A DNA stretch of 63,820 nt, filler included, from Octopus bimaculoides (lineage: Eukaryota), in the NCBI RefSeq assembly GCF_001194135.2. It is 5 parts of 5 records of this genome, joined end to end, with 100 filler letters (N's around TTAATTAATTAA, not from the genome) between each part and the next. Parts side by side here need not be neighbours in the genome. Positions count along the whole stretch, not along the records: positions 36,518 to 61,493 come from NC_068984.1; positions 61,594 to 63,820 come from NC_068985.1; 3 more parts are not named here. One strand, 5' to 3'. Below are positions 52,336-63,820 of this stretch, piece after piece. The notes under the pieces are model-generated. The model was not told the DNA's origin. It did no database searches and worked only from the letters and a program-made list of their open reading frames with translations. How positions within the stretch are numbered: the first letter of the stretch is position 1; each line of letters opens with the position of its first letter. A program made the translations under genes and the position numbers.

Positions 52336-53267
52336 GATCTGGACTGTTCTCCATCTCCCCCCTCCCGCCTCACATTAATTACACTACTATTCTACACATA
52401 CATATTAACCCCACCTCAACTCGCCCCCGTCCCTCCGAATTTGTGACTTCACGAATATGTTAGAAATCAGCAGCATTACTAAGATCACCGCCACCGTCAC
52501 CGTCACCGCCGCCACTACCGTCACCATCACCAAAGCATCATCACCATAGCAACACCGTCACCACCGCCATCACAACACAACCACTACAACCTACGAGAAA
52601 ACCGCCATTACAAAAGGACCACCCATCGCCACCACCACATTCCCCTAAGAAAACCAATGTCCTCTTCACCCGGTGCCTCAACAACAACGTCGTCCCCACA
52701 ACAACAACAGCTACGACGACGACGACCGTGGATTTGACATCGGACAGAAGAAAGTGGCAACGGATAGAAATAGCAGCACCAACCACACTGATAACATCGG
52801 ATGTCAGCTCTGGAAATTACATTTCGATTTGTGCGTGCGTGCNNNNNNNNNNNNNNNNNNNNNNNNNNNNNNNNNNNNNNNNNNNNNNNNNNNNNNNNNN
52901 NNNNNNNNNNNNNNNNNNNNNNNNNNNNNNNNNNNNNNNNNNNNNNNNNNNNNNNNNNNNNNNNNNNNNNNNNNNNNNNNNNNNNNNNNNNNNNNNNNNN
53001 NNNNNNNNNNNNNNNNNNNNNNNNNNNNNNNNNNNNNNNNNNNNNNNNNNNNNNNNNNNNNNNNNNNNNNNNNNNNNNNNNNNNNNNNNNNNNNNNNNNN
53101 NNNNNNNNNNNNNNNNNNNNNNNNNNNNNNNNNNNNNNNNNNNNNNNNNNNNNNNNNNNNNNNNNNNNNNNNNNNNNNNNNNNNNNNNNNNNNNNNNNNN
53201 NNNNNNNNNNNNNNNNNNNNNNNNNNNNNNNNNNNNNNNNNNNNNNNNNACAGCAACAACAACAACG

Positions 53268-53306
<39 letters not shown>

Positions 53307-54088
53307 GCTACGACGACGACGACCGTGGATTTGACATCGGACAGAAGAAAGTGGCAACGGATAGAAATAGCAGCACCAACCACACTGATAACATCGGATG
53401 TCAGCTCTGGAAATTACATTTCGATTTGTGCGTGCGTGCGTGCGTGCGTGCGTGCGCGTGTGTGTGTGTGTGTGCGTGCGTGCATGCATGCGTGTGTGTG
53501 TGTGCGTGTGCGTACGTACGTACGTGTGTATGTGTGTGTGTGTGTGTGCATGCAGCAATGTACATATGAGTGTATATGTAATTATGTGTACATGTATATA
53601 TACATACATATATATGTATACATGAAAAGACAGACAGAGAGAGAGAGAGAAATAGACTAATCTGTAGGCGACGTGTTAATGCGCCATTTGCGCGTGCGTC
53701 TGTGCGTCTGTGTTGCGTACGTGTTGCGTGTCTGCTTATTAAAAATAACCGAATGTCTCCGTATGTGTCAATGCATTAAGGCGTACCTGTGCGCAGGCGC
53801 GCGTCATTGCATACATTTGCGAGAAATATCACACAGCCATGCGTCGCTCACTGTGTATAGTTCTATGCTGTTGTGTGAGGGCATTTGTTGTGTGTGTGTG
53901 TGTGTGTATTGTGTGTGTGCATGTGACAGAGAGAGAGTGAGAACCGTTATGTAGTGACTTTTTGTGCAGAGAAACGCGTGTGTTGAATTACTCTAGTATA
54001 AATTGGCGAATTTCTTGTTTAATTAAACTAAGCTTGTGCTGATAAGAAATATCGAAACGTAACAAAAACAACAACCACAACAATAATA

Positions 54089-54126
<38 letters not shown>

Positions 54127-54130
54127 ATTA

Positions 54131-54684
54131 TTGTTGAGTGAGAGAGCAGCATATGCCATCAAAGTGACACTGGGGTATAAATAGACGAAGCCCATCACGA
54201 CTACCCATCTGATAAGGGTAGACGAGGCACATGCATCACAACCATATGTGCGCGACATTGTGATCTCATATCAAGATAAACAGCGCATGACCTCGCAGGT
54301 GGGGCCCAGCTAGAATTTTTTTCAGGTCGAGTAGCCCATCCCGCTCAAAAGGTCCCTGAATAAGGTTTGTTTAAGGATGTTGAGCAAAACACCCATGTTT
54401 CCAAAGGTGGATTATTCAAACCCCAAAGAATTCCTCTCAACACATGGCTATGATGCTCCCCCACTACTTCTGCTCATGATCAGAGATGCACATATCGTCA
54501 GCCACCAAGGGACATGCTCAACTGGTTAAGGTCAAACAACTGTCAAGCAAATCTGTGGTATGGAGCACAATATTTGTTGTAGACCATCTTTTATACTAAG
54601 ACAAAAACAATGTACATGATAACACTTCCAGTCAACTCAGATCAGAAGCCATGAGAGCCACTGCCTGGAGCTGCATCAGGGCAG
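54131..54684 (-). mobile_element. Second copy of the ~570-bp repeat
   Basis: Colinear with 9337-9902. Confidence 0.75.
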
Positions 54685-54689
54685 TTATT

Positions 54690-54745
<56 letters not shown>

Positions 54746-54923
54746 GATTGTTTTTGTTATTGTTATTCATCACTGTCATTATCCTCTTTCAATTTTGTTT
54801 CCATTTCTTGCCGAGTGTCTTCCCGATACCTAGAGCAAAGAAACTCACTGTATATATTGTTAGGCCATTAAAATAAACACATCAGATTGTTCATTTATAA
54901 AGTCATGTGATAGAAAAAAAGGG

Positions 54924-54961
<38 letters not shown>

Positions 54962-55681
54962 AGGAAAAATGAAAAAACTACAAATAGGGGAAGAAATGAA
55001 AAGAAAGAAAACAGGGGTGGGAAAGAAAAGAAAATTCACAGCGACAAAGCTCTCTCTCTCTTCTCAATGCGTGTGACAATTTTGTGCACTTCCTGCATGG
55101 ATGGTAAACCAGAGATCATTCACAAATAATTTTCATTTCTTTTTTTGATCATTCCAAGTGCTCCTACAATCACTGGTATTTTAACCATCTTGAGATGCCA
55201 CATCTTTTCGATTTCAATCAGCAAACCTTTATATTTTCTGAGCTTATCAAATTCTTTTGCCGAGATATTATGGTCACATGGTATGCTCATGTCAATCAAT
55301 AAACAGACTTTATTGTTTCGGTCTTTCACAATAATATCTGGTTTATTAGCTTTGATGGTCCGGTCTGTACATACTAGAAAGTCCCAAAGAGTCGTTACAT
55401 TTGCTCCCTCAGTTACAGTCTCAGGATGATGCTTGTGCCATTTGTCAGCAGTTTTGATTTTATAATGTCGACACATTATCCTGTGTAGATATTGGCCAAC
55501 TCCGTCATGTCTTGATTTGTACTCTACAGGTGCTAAAACTTTACACCCAAAGATTAGGTGGTCTACTCTTTCTATACCATTGTTGCAGCACCGGCACTTT
55601 GGGTCTACTCCACCCTTCATTATATTAGCTTCGTACATTATTTACATTTGATGGATATTTGTCCTCATCTTATTTGTTGTT

Positions 55682-55727
55682 AACACAACGTTTCGGCTGA
55701 TATACCCTCCAGCCTTCATCAGGTGTC
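55682..55727 (-). ncRNA. Minimal type I hammerhead ribozyme motif
   Basis: GACAC / CTGATGA / A / GGCTG...CAGCC / GAAA / CG / TT / GTGTT. Confidence 0.65.
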
Positions 55728-55794
55728 TTGGGGAAATTTCGAATTTGAGTTCTTATTCCTAAGGTATTTTTTGATGTTATTATTATTATTATTA

Positions 55795-55869
<75 letters not shown>

Positions 55870-55915
55870 TCACTGCCTGGAATCGAACTCGGAATCTTGG
55901 GGCAATTTTCCCCAA

Positions 55916-55961
55916 GACACCTGATGAAGGTTGGAGGGTATATCAGCCGAAACGTTGTGTT
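55916..55961 (+). ncRNA. Minimal type I hammerhead ribozyme motif
   Basis: Same layout as the minus-strand copy, with one G-U substitution in stem II. Confidence 0.65.
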
Positions 55962-58096
55962 AACTACAAACAAGATAAGGACAAATATCCGTCAAATGTG
56001 AATAATGTAAATAATGTAAATAATGTGAATAATTCCTCATCTCTAAAATATAGAACTGTATTAGCTTCATAGTTACGGATCAATAAGTCCTGATCTTGAG
56101 CAACCAAGATAAAGCCTTCGCTCACTGCCTTTAGTCCTGAGGTCCGTAGCCACTGGAAAGTGTGCTTCTGGTCTACACCAGCCAGTTGTTTAACCACTTT
56201 TTCCTTTGCCATTGATCCCACCTTCTTTGCAACTACAGTTACTGCACTTCCATCATGGTATTCAACCTGGGTATCATTCATGAACTCACTAGCAAACTTT
56301 TGACTCTCCTTCATGTCGGAATTAAGCTTTTTACGTTTCTCGTGATTTTCAACGAATTTTAGCATCCAGTCGTCAGATGTTTCAAGACCAGGCCAATTGT
56401 GGTAATTTTGCAAAAGATTTCGAATGGATCAAGCTTGGACCTCCTTGGGCTCTAGGAAGGTAAAGACGATCTGTGTCTGTCTGTGGGTGGTGCATCTTAT
56501 TGCAAGTCAGCAGCTTACGGATTTCCTGTCAATTTTCTTTATTTCGCTGACATTCCAGTTTAACACATTGAAACTATAAATAACAACTGGAATTGCTAAA
56601 GAATTTATGGCTGACACCTTGTTGCGTGCATTTAACTTAGATTTCAGGACTGCTCGAACTTTCCTGTAACATTCCTCTCTGACCTTCTCTTTCATGCTTG
56701 CATCCTAAATGCCAGGACCCTCGTTTATTTGTAAGTTTGTTGCTGCTCAAACAACTGCGATAATATCTAACGCCACTGAATTTCTTTAATTTGCCACGAG
56801 GGTGGAGGATGAGGAAAACGATACAAAGACGACATAAAGTGCTGAGGTTTGCTTATAATGAAATTATAAAAATAAAATAAAAGATAATATACATGTAGAA
56901 AGATTACAAGATTACAATAAAACAAAAAGTGAAAGCATGCATATTATACAACAGTAAAAAGAAAGAAGGAATAAAAGGATTATAATGATGTGGTTTTCCT
57001 CATATAGGAGGACCTCTAGAAACAATCGAGGAACCCCACCGTCCAAGATCTCCCTGGACACCAGGGCAAGTGCCCGCTCCAATTCCTTCATTCCGACTCA
57101 CAGGTCTGCACTTAAAGTACCTTTGGTACCTGCCCGCATGCCACCAAGCATATTTTGAAATCCTGTACTTTTTTGTCAGTGGTTATATTTTTATATATTT
57201 TACATGTTTTTATATTTTTTGCATTTTCATTTTGTGTATGTTTATGTGAATATACATATACATATTTGTATATATGTATGTGTGTATATACGTGTATATA
57301 TATATATATATANNNNNNNNNNNNNNNNNNNNNNNNNNNNNNNNNNNNNNNNNNNNNNNNNNNNNNNNNNNNNNNNNNNNNNNNNNNNNNNNNNNNNNNN
57401 NNNNNNNNNNNNNNNNNNNNNNNNNNNNNNNNNNNNNNNNNNNNNNNNNNNNNNNNNNNNNNNNNNNNNNNNNNNNNNNNNNNNNNNNNNNNNNNNNNNN
57501 NNNNNNNNNNNNNNNNNNNNNNNNNNNNNNNNNNNNNNNNNNNNNNNNNNNNNNNNNNNNNNNNNNNNNNNNNNNNNNNNNNNNNNNNNNNNNNNNNNNN
57601 NNNNNNNNNNNNNNNNNNNNNNNNNNNNNNNNNNNNNNNNNNNNNNNNNNNNNNNNNNNNNNNNNNNNNNNNNNNNNNNNNNNNNNNNNNNNNNNNNNNN
57701 NNNNNNNNNNNNNNNNNNNNNNNNNNNNNNNNNNNNNNNNNNNNNNNNNNNNNNNNNNNNNNNNNNNNNNNNNNNNNNNNNNNNNNNNNNNNNNNNNNNN
57801 NNNNNNNNNNNNNNNNNNNNNNNNNNNNNNNNNNNNNNNNNNNNNNNNNNNNNNNNNNNNNNNNNNNNNNNNNNNNNNNNNNNNNNNNNNNNNNNNNNNN
57901 NNNNNNNNNNNNNNNNNNNNNNNNNNNNNNNNNNNNNNNNNNNNNNNNNNNCCTTTGGTACCTGCCCGCATGCCACCAAGCATATTTTGAAATCCTGTAC
58001 TTTTTTGTCAGTGGTTATATTTTTATATATTTTACATGTTTTTATATTTTTTGCATTTTCATTTTGTGTATGTTTATGTGAATATACATATACATA

Positions 58097-58720
58097 CAGG
58101 GTGTTTCAAAAAATTTGATATCATTTCGCAATCTAATAACTTTGCCAGTTCTTGTTCGAATGACTTCAAATTTTAACAGCATGCGTAGAAACAGGTCGAA
58201 ATTTTACAGTTAATGTTTGATATGTTTATCTTTCCAGGTATAGAAATGGCATTCACTGGAAGAGAAAAGGCGTTTTGTGTGTTGGAGTATGCTCGAACAC
58301 AGTCGAAGAAGACTGTGCAGCGTGCATTTGTGAGAGAGTTCTCTAAAAAGTCACCAACGTCAATGCAGATTTGGACATGACACAAAAAATTCAAAGAGGA
58401 GGGTTGTCTGTGCAGGGCAAAAGGATCTGGATGACCACTTACATTGGAAGAGACGGTCAAGCGGGTTTGCCAAAAACTCTTGTGAAGCCCCAAGAAGTCC
58501 ATAAGAAGAACAAGTCTGGAAACCCAGATTCCTCCAACACCAGTTTGGTGCGTCCTGAGGAAATGTTTGCTAATGAAACCCAACAAGCTACAGCTCGTTC
58601 AGGCAATAACAGCAGATGACAAAAGAAAGTGCAAACATGGGGGTTATGTGAAGGGCCTGGTCTGTATCCCCCATCTTCATGCAAACCTAGAGGAACTCAA
58701 GCAGAGAATCACATGGCTGA
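58097..58720 (+). pseudogene. Tc1/mariner-superfamily transposon, internally deleted
   Basis: TA|CAGGGTGTTTCAAAAAA left end. MAFTGREKAFCVLEYARTQS...SPKKSIRRTS...KLQLVQAI is fused directly to WGYVK...LEELKQRI, so the DDE core is missing. Confidence 0.75.
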
Positions 58721-58957
58721 AACAAATAAAAGAATAAAAGAATATATATATATATATATCTGCCTATCAAATCATCCATTATTTAGCAAACACCAGAACA
58801 TAAGAAATATCTTCTGCAGAACTGTTTCCGTAATTTAGCGCGCCAGGGCTGAGACATTTGAAAATAACCCCAATGTAATCAGTAGAACTGTATGCACGTC
58901 AAACTTTATGGAGACAATTCGTGTATAGTTCAGCAAATTATATTGAATTAGAACGGC

Positions 58958-59020
58958 CGTACTGACGAACCACGGACGTTTTTACGTAAGTAAAAGGGTT
59001 GATGATGAAACCAGTCTACG
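58958..59020 (+). ncRNA. Degenerate hammerhead-like motif in a probable PLE pseudo-LTR
   Basis: CGTA / CTGACGA / long irregular stem II / GAAA / CCAG / TC / TACG. Confidence 0.4.
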
Positions 59021-59967
59021 ATTAATTCTTTATTTTATATATTTTCATTTGTCTTGCCCGCTTATGTTCTGGTGTTTGCTGAATTTTTTCTAGAGAACAT
59101 TATTTTCTTTGTGGTTAGATCGTGGATGATCTCTTTCTTGCATATCGGATGTCTATTTAGTGGTCATCCCTTCTTATACGCATGTAATACAATTTTTTCT
59201 GAATTTTCAGATCTTTTATATGCTAGGCCACTGGTTTTAGATTTATGTTAATTAAATTAATATTCAATTTATCACCCTCAGTATATATATATATATATAT
59301 TCACCTAACCCTAATCAAATTATTCTGAATAGCTTGAGATACCCGTTCTGCTTTGGTTTTGATTTTTCCTCTAATACAATATATATACATATATTCATTT
59401 TCTTAATTTTGTATATATATATAAAAACAGGACTTAAATTCTGTCTACCAATGCTTTTTCCAACTGTTTATATTATTTGATTCTGCTGACGCTTATTTTT
59501 TCTTGACTCTCTTTTATTTGTCAAATGGGAAATTTTCCATATGTTTATAAAAGCTACAAAATTTTGCTTTATACATTAATTACCGTATTGGTCCATTGGA
59601 CCCTCGAATTAAATTTGGACAATATTCTCGTCATTCCAAACAGAATAAAAGCAGTAGCAAATATTATTTTCATAGATATTTATCAGATATAAAATAGATA
59701 AAATTGTATAGAATTTATTTGGTGAATTTTAGATAAAATAGGAAAAATTATGAAAATATTCCTGTAAATGTGTGTGTTAATGCATTACCTTCAATCTGCT
59801 AGGTTATAGGGTGATGCAATATTTCTATGTGATGATGCAATTCTTACAATATATTGCATCACCTTTCAGAAGAATATAGATATGTTAGAGAGCAATATCT
59901 GCCTTTAGTCTGCTGTCAAGTTTCATATAGTTCAGTTGTGCTTTCCAATATGCCTTGACGTGAAAAC

Positions 59968-61250
59968 TTGAGTGAAGACCAAATATCGAAAAGGTTATTG
60001 GAATTCGATGAAGAATGGGAAGAAAATAGTAGTGATTCCTTCTATTGCTCTAAAGATGATGGTGAAAGTGATTGTGTGCTGGACAGTTTAGGTTCTGTGT
60101 CATCAGATAATGAAGATACTCAGAAACTGTTATCTGCAAGCCACCCAGTTATGAATGAGCAAGATGTCTCTAGAGACAGACAGGAAGTTTGGCATTCTAA
60201 TCCTCTTACTCAAGCAGCAGTAAGAACTTCATCTTGCAATATTGAGCACCAAGAATGTGGACCATCCCGTTTTGCTCAAAGGTCTTGCGATAGCTTTGAA
60301 ACATGTTTTACTATCTTTATGCTCCAGATTCTTCTTGAAGTAATTCGTAAATGGACAAATGTTGAAGGTCAGGTTGTTTACAAAGATAAATGGAAGGAAA
60401 TTGATCACTCTGAAGTAAAGAAATTTATTGGACTGATTATTTTTATAGGTGTTTATAAATCTAAACATGAAAATGTCACACAGTTATGGAGTCAAGAAGA
60501 TGGCCGCCCAATACTCAACAAAATTATGAGCCGGGGAAGATTTCAACAGATTTTACAAGTATTGCGTTTTGATGATGCTAGTGCAAGAAGTAAAAAAGAG
60601 AAGTGATGATAAATTGGAGCCCATAGGAGGAGTATTTGATGTGTGGAATCAGAATTTGTAAGATGGATATGTTCCAAGTTCATGCATGACAGTTGATGAA
60701 CAATTAGTTTCATTCAGAGGGCGCTGCCCATTCCAGGTATATATTCCTTCAAAACCAGGGAAATACGGAATTAAAATTTGGGCAATATACAACAGTGAAA
60801 CATATGCCTGGAAAATGCAAATATACCCTGGAAAAGACCCAGTAAAAGGGAGAGAGACAAATCAAGGTTCAAGAGTTGTTGAAGACCCAGTAAAAGAACT
60901 TGAAAATGCTGGTCGCAATATAACTTGTGATAATTTTTTTTATAAGTCTAGGATTGGTTCGAAAGCTGCTTAGCAAGAAAACTACTTTAGTTGGAACAAT
61001 TAGAAAGAACAGAATTGAACTTCCAAGAGATTTCACAAATGGAAAAGAAAGGGAAATCAACAGCACAATATTTGAATTTCAAAAGGATTCTATAATCCCA
61101 TCTTATTGTCCCAAGAAAGATTATGTAGTCACACTTATGACTACAATGCACTCTCAGCCTTCAATTGATTCAAAAAATGCTGAAAAGAAACCTGAAGTTA
61201 TTACATGTTACAACAAAACAAAAGGAAGAGTAGACACCCTAGATAAGATG
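59968..61250 (+). pseudogene. piggyBac (PGBD4-like) transposase, frameshifted and 3'-truncated
   Basis: MSRGRFQQILQVLRFDD, MTVDEQLVSFRGRCPFQVYIPSKPGKYGIKIW, RNITCDNFF, TLVGTIRKNR, YNKTKGRVDTLDKM. Confidence 0.9.
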
Positions 61251-61410
61251 ACACACCGGGCGAAATGCTTAACGGCATTTCGTCTGTCTTTACGTTCTGC
61301 CGAGGTCAACTTTGCCTTTCATCCTTTCGGGTTTGATAAATTAAGTACCATTTGCATACTGGGAGTCAATCTACTCGACCGGCTCCCTACCTAGAGTAGA
61401 AAAGAATATT
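61251..61410 (+). mobile_element. SINE family A inserted at the piggyBac break
   Basis: CCGGGCGAAATGCTTAACGGCATTTCG...; the B-box region is deleted. Confidence 0.8.
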
Positions 61411-61882
61411 TTTATCTTTATTTTGTATTTTATTTTTTTTCTATTTATAATTTTTGTATTTCAAAATATATCATTATTATTTTTAATTCTAAANNNNNNN
61501 NNNNNNNNNNNNNNNNNNNNNNNNNNNNNNNNNNNNNTTAATTAATTAANNNNNNNNNNNNNNNNNNNNNNNNNNNNNNNNNNNNNNNNNNNNGAACACC
61601 CTACCTCACTTCCTTCCCCATCTCCTATCCATACCTACCCACTTGCCACCACCTGTCACCCATCTTATTGATCATAAGAGTAAACTACCCTGTTTTCTAC
61701 ATAATCTCTCATTCCAGGCCGCGTCAACTTTAACAATGGCCGACTTTTCTCTCCCCAGCAAGTCACCTGACAATGGTGAAAGAGTAGAAAGAATCTTAAC
61801 TCCCCCCCCCCACCACCACCACCACCATCATCACCACCTCCTCCACTACCACCACTATAACCACTACAACCACCACCTCCTT

Positions 61883-61927
<45 letters not shown>

Positions 61928-62147
61928 TGTGTGTGTGCACGCAGTTATGTTTTTGAAAATAAAAATGTAGGTTAGCATTTAAACATATATACATGTGTAT
62001 ATATTATGTATGAATGCGTGTGTATGTGCATATGTGTGCGTGTCTACACACACACGCACACACGCGCACACGCACACACACATATATGTATACATATATA
62101 CACACATTTCCATATGTACGTGTACATACATATATATGTGTGTGTGA

Positions 62148-62196
<49 letters not shown>

Positions 62197-62251
62197 TATG
62201 TGTATGCATGTATTTACATATATGTGTGTGTGTGTGTGTGTCTGCGTGAAG

Positions 62252-62292
<41 letters not shown>

Positions 62293-62545
62293 GTTGGATT
62301 AATATTCTGGAATGTGAGGATTGTGTGACAATAGTTCAGACCTAGGTGAATGAAACAAAATAAATGAGAAGAGAAGAAGAGACGGGTGTGTGATAACTAA
62401 CTACGATGACCATGGTCTTTGCAGTAACTATAGAAGAATAAAGCAGAACGAAGAGACTTGTTTAGACTTCGAGCACGATGTGTATTGGGGAGTAAGCCTT
62501 GCCAGTCTACAGGACAACCTTCTTTTATGGGCAGTCTGACATTTA

Positions 62546-63190
62546 CAGGGTGTTCGGGATAAATCTGACAGTTTGCCTAAAAGGAAGGGAAAACAAAAAA
62601 ATAATGGTGTTTTTAAAAATCTAGAGATATTCACTAGATCGTGGTTGGGAGATGATGCTATACTCAAAGTAGCCACCTTCAGCTTACACCACGATCTCAA
62701 AATGGCTCCGGAACCAGGTGCATGCGTTTCTCACTGTGTTCTTGGGAATATCTTCAAACGCCTCTTTGATTTTGGCCACCGGCTCCGCCTTAGTGTTGCA
62801 GACAGAGTGGTTAGTGTCTTTCTCAACCTTGCCCCCAACACATAGTAATCAATGGAATTACAATCGGGTTACTTACAAGGCCAGAAATTGGGGCTGGTAG
62901 AAAATTTCCTACAACCACTCTTTCCAGAAGTATGGCAAGGAGCTGAACCCTGCTGTCACATATCTGGCTTTCCAGCAGCAACCTTCTCTAGCCAGGGTTC
63001 ACATAACCGTCTGAATTGAGCCAGGATTCACATAACCGTCTATAGCTTCACATAACCGTCTATAGCTTCACATAACCGTCTGAATTGAGCCTAAAGTTCT
63101 GTTCAAGGATGTGGGGCGGTATGACGCCCACGCAATGGAGACACACTCACAGACCATCACAGTTTAGGAAAACTTGATTTCCATGATATC
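62546..63190 (-). pseudogene. mariner-like (DD37D-type) transposon, 3' half
   Basis: QQGSAPCHT, NFWP...PDCNSIDYY and ACTWFRSHFEIVV*AEGGYFE, with terminal TA|CAGGGTG at 62544-62552. Confidence 0.7.
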
Positions 63191-63539
63191 CTTTACTGTG
63201 TTCCCAATTCCTTGAACAGCAGTCATGATATTATCATTTTGATACCCTGCACGATACAGGAAATTCTTTTCTATTATTCAGATGGCTTCCAGTCCTCCAT
63301 GCCAGCTAATTTTTTCTCAACTACAACTATAATTTTTATGCTTTCCAACGCCGTTGACTGTTTACCTATATATCTAACTCTTCCTGAAAAAAAAAAAAGA
63401 AAACATAAAAATCGTCAAATTTAACCCGACACCCTGCAGTTGAATGTGGCTATAGGCTGATGCATGTTATGCGTATCTGAGGTTTGTAAAGTGACAGCAG
63501 CCGTTTGGAGTTTAAGTATTATTGGAATCGGAAAGCGAT

Positions 63540-63770
63540 GGCTTGGTCTGTGGGGCGCTGCTTTTGTGCTGTTATAAAATTAGATCAACAAGAGAGGACA
63601 TCAGTTCTGAGTGGCTGTGTGTTGTGTTGCTGAGCAAAGCACTTAATTTCACATTGGTCCAGTCCACTGAGCTGTAAATAGGTGACCTTGCGACGAATTG
63701 GCGTGCAAGTGCGAGATGGTAACTCAGGGAAACCACCCGAACGGAGATCTCACGAGCCACGTTTTGTATT
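63540..63770 (+). mobile_element. Old SINE, family D (CORE/V-like central domain)
   Basis: CTGAGCAAAGCACTTAATTTCAC...CAGTCCACTGAGCTGTAAATAGGTGACC...GCGA. Confidence 0.45.
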
Positions 63771-63820
63771 CAAGTTTTTGGTATCCACGCAAGCAAAATA
63801 CTAAATTAGGGTTCTACGGC

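Larger units (their letters stand above)
55636..56058. mobile_element. Fold-back PLE-derived insert with 13-bp TSD
   Basis: TATTAGCTTC(G/A)TA at 55623-55635 and 56059-56071. ~103-bp inverted arms at 55636-55738 and 55904-56007. Confidence 0.75.
54775..56745 (-). mobile_element. R4/Dong-like copy (RT C-terminus, CCHC, RLE, 3' UTR) interrupted at 55636-56058
   Basis: ARNKVSAINSLAIPVVIYSF, EGFILVAQDQ, CRCCNNGIERVDHLIFGC, RHDGV, KPDII...IDMSIP, KLRKYK, IVGALG, HALRR..ALSL*. Confidence 0.9.

Noticed and set aside
52700-53440. ~140-bp direct repeat on both sides of a gap
   Set aside because: It differs only in (AAC)n length, so it is most likely two alleles or overlapping contig ends.
57121-58094. 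~144-bp identical direct repeat flanking a gap (57121-57264 and 57953-58094)
   Set aside because: Probably an unmerged contig overlap. It cannot be called an LTR pair.

Overview
AT-rich, microsatellite-laden animal genomic DNA from a gapped draft assembly. The repeat families and sequence texture suggest an octopod cephalopod (inference). No multi-exon host gene can be supported; there is one weak candidate exon at ~27.8 kb (- strand). The rest is a stack of mobile-element debris: four tRNA-type SINE families, R4/Dong-like RLE retrotransposon pieces (all - strand, many ending in TAA arrays), RTE and CR1/L2-type fragments, Penelope-like (PLE) remnants carrying minimal hammerhead-ribozyme motifs, Tc1/mariner, piggyBac, hAT and hairpin MITEs, and a 91-bp mini-Helitron. 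The most unusual structure is at 12579-16335. Two diverged ~1.85-kb elements there encode only an L1/Tx1-like ORF1 (zinc knuckle, no RT or endonuclease). They lie head-to-tail, bounded and separated by three identical copies of a 12-bp sequence (CACTAACGTCCT) inside another repeat, and share a 3' tail with the commonest SINE. This suggests a target-site-specific, ORF1-only non-autonomous retroelement. Second is a 423-bp fold-back insert in a Dong copy (55636-56058) that combines a tRNA-like fragment, an AAT array and two inverted hammerhead motifs.
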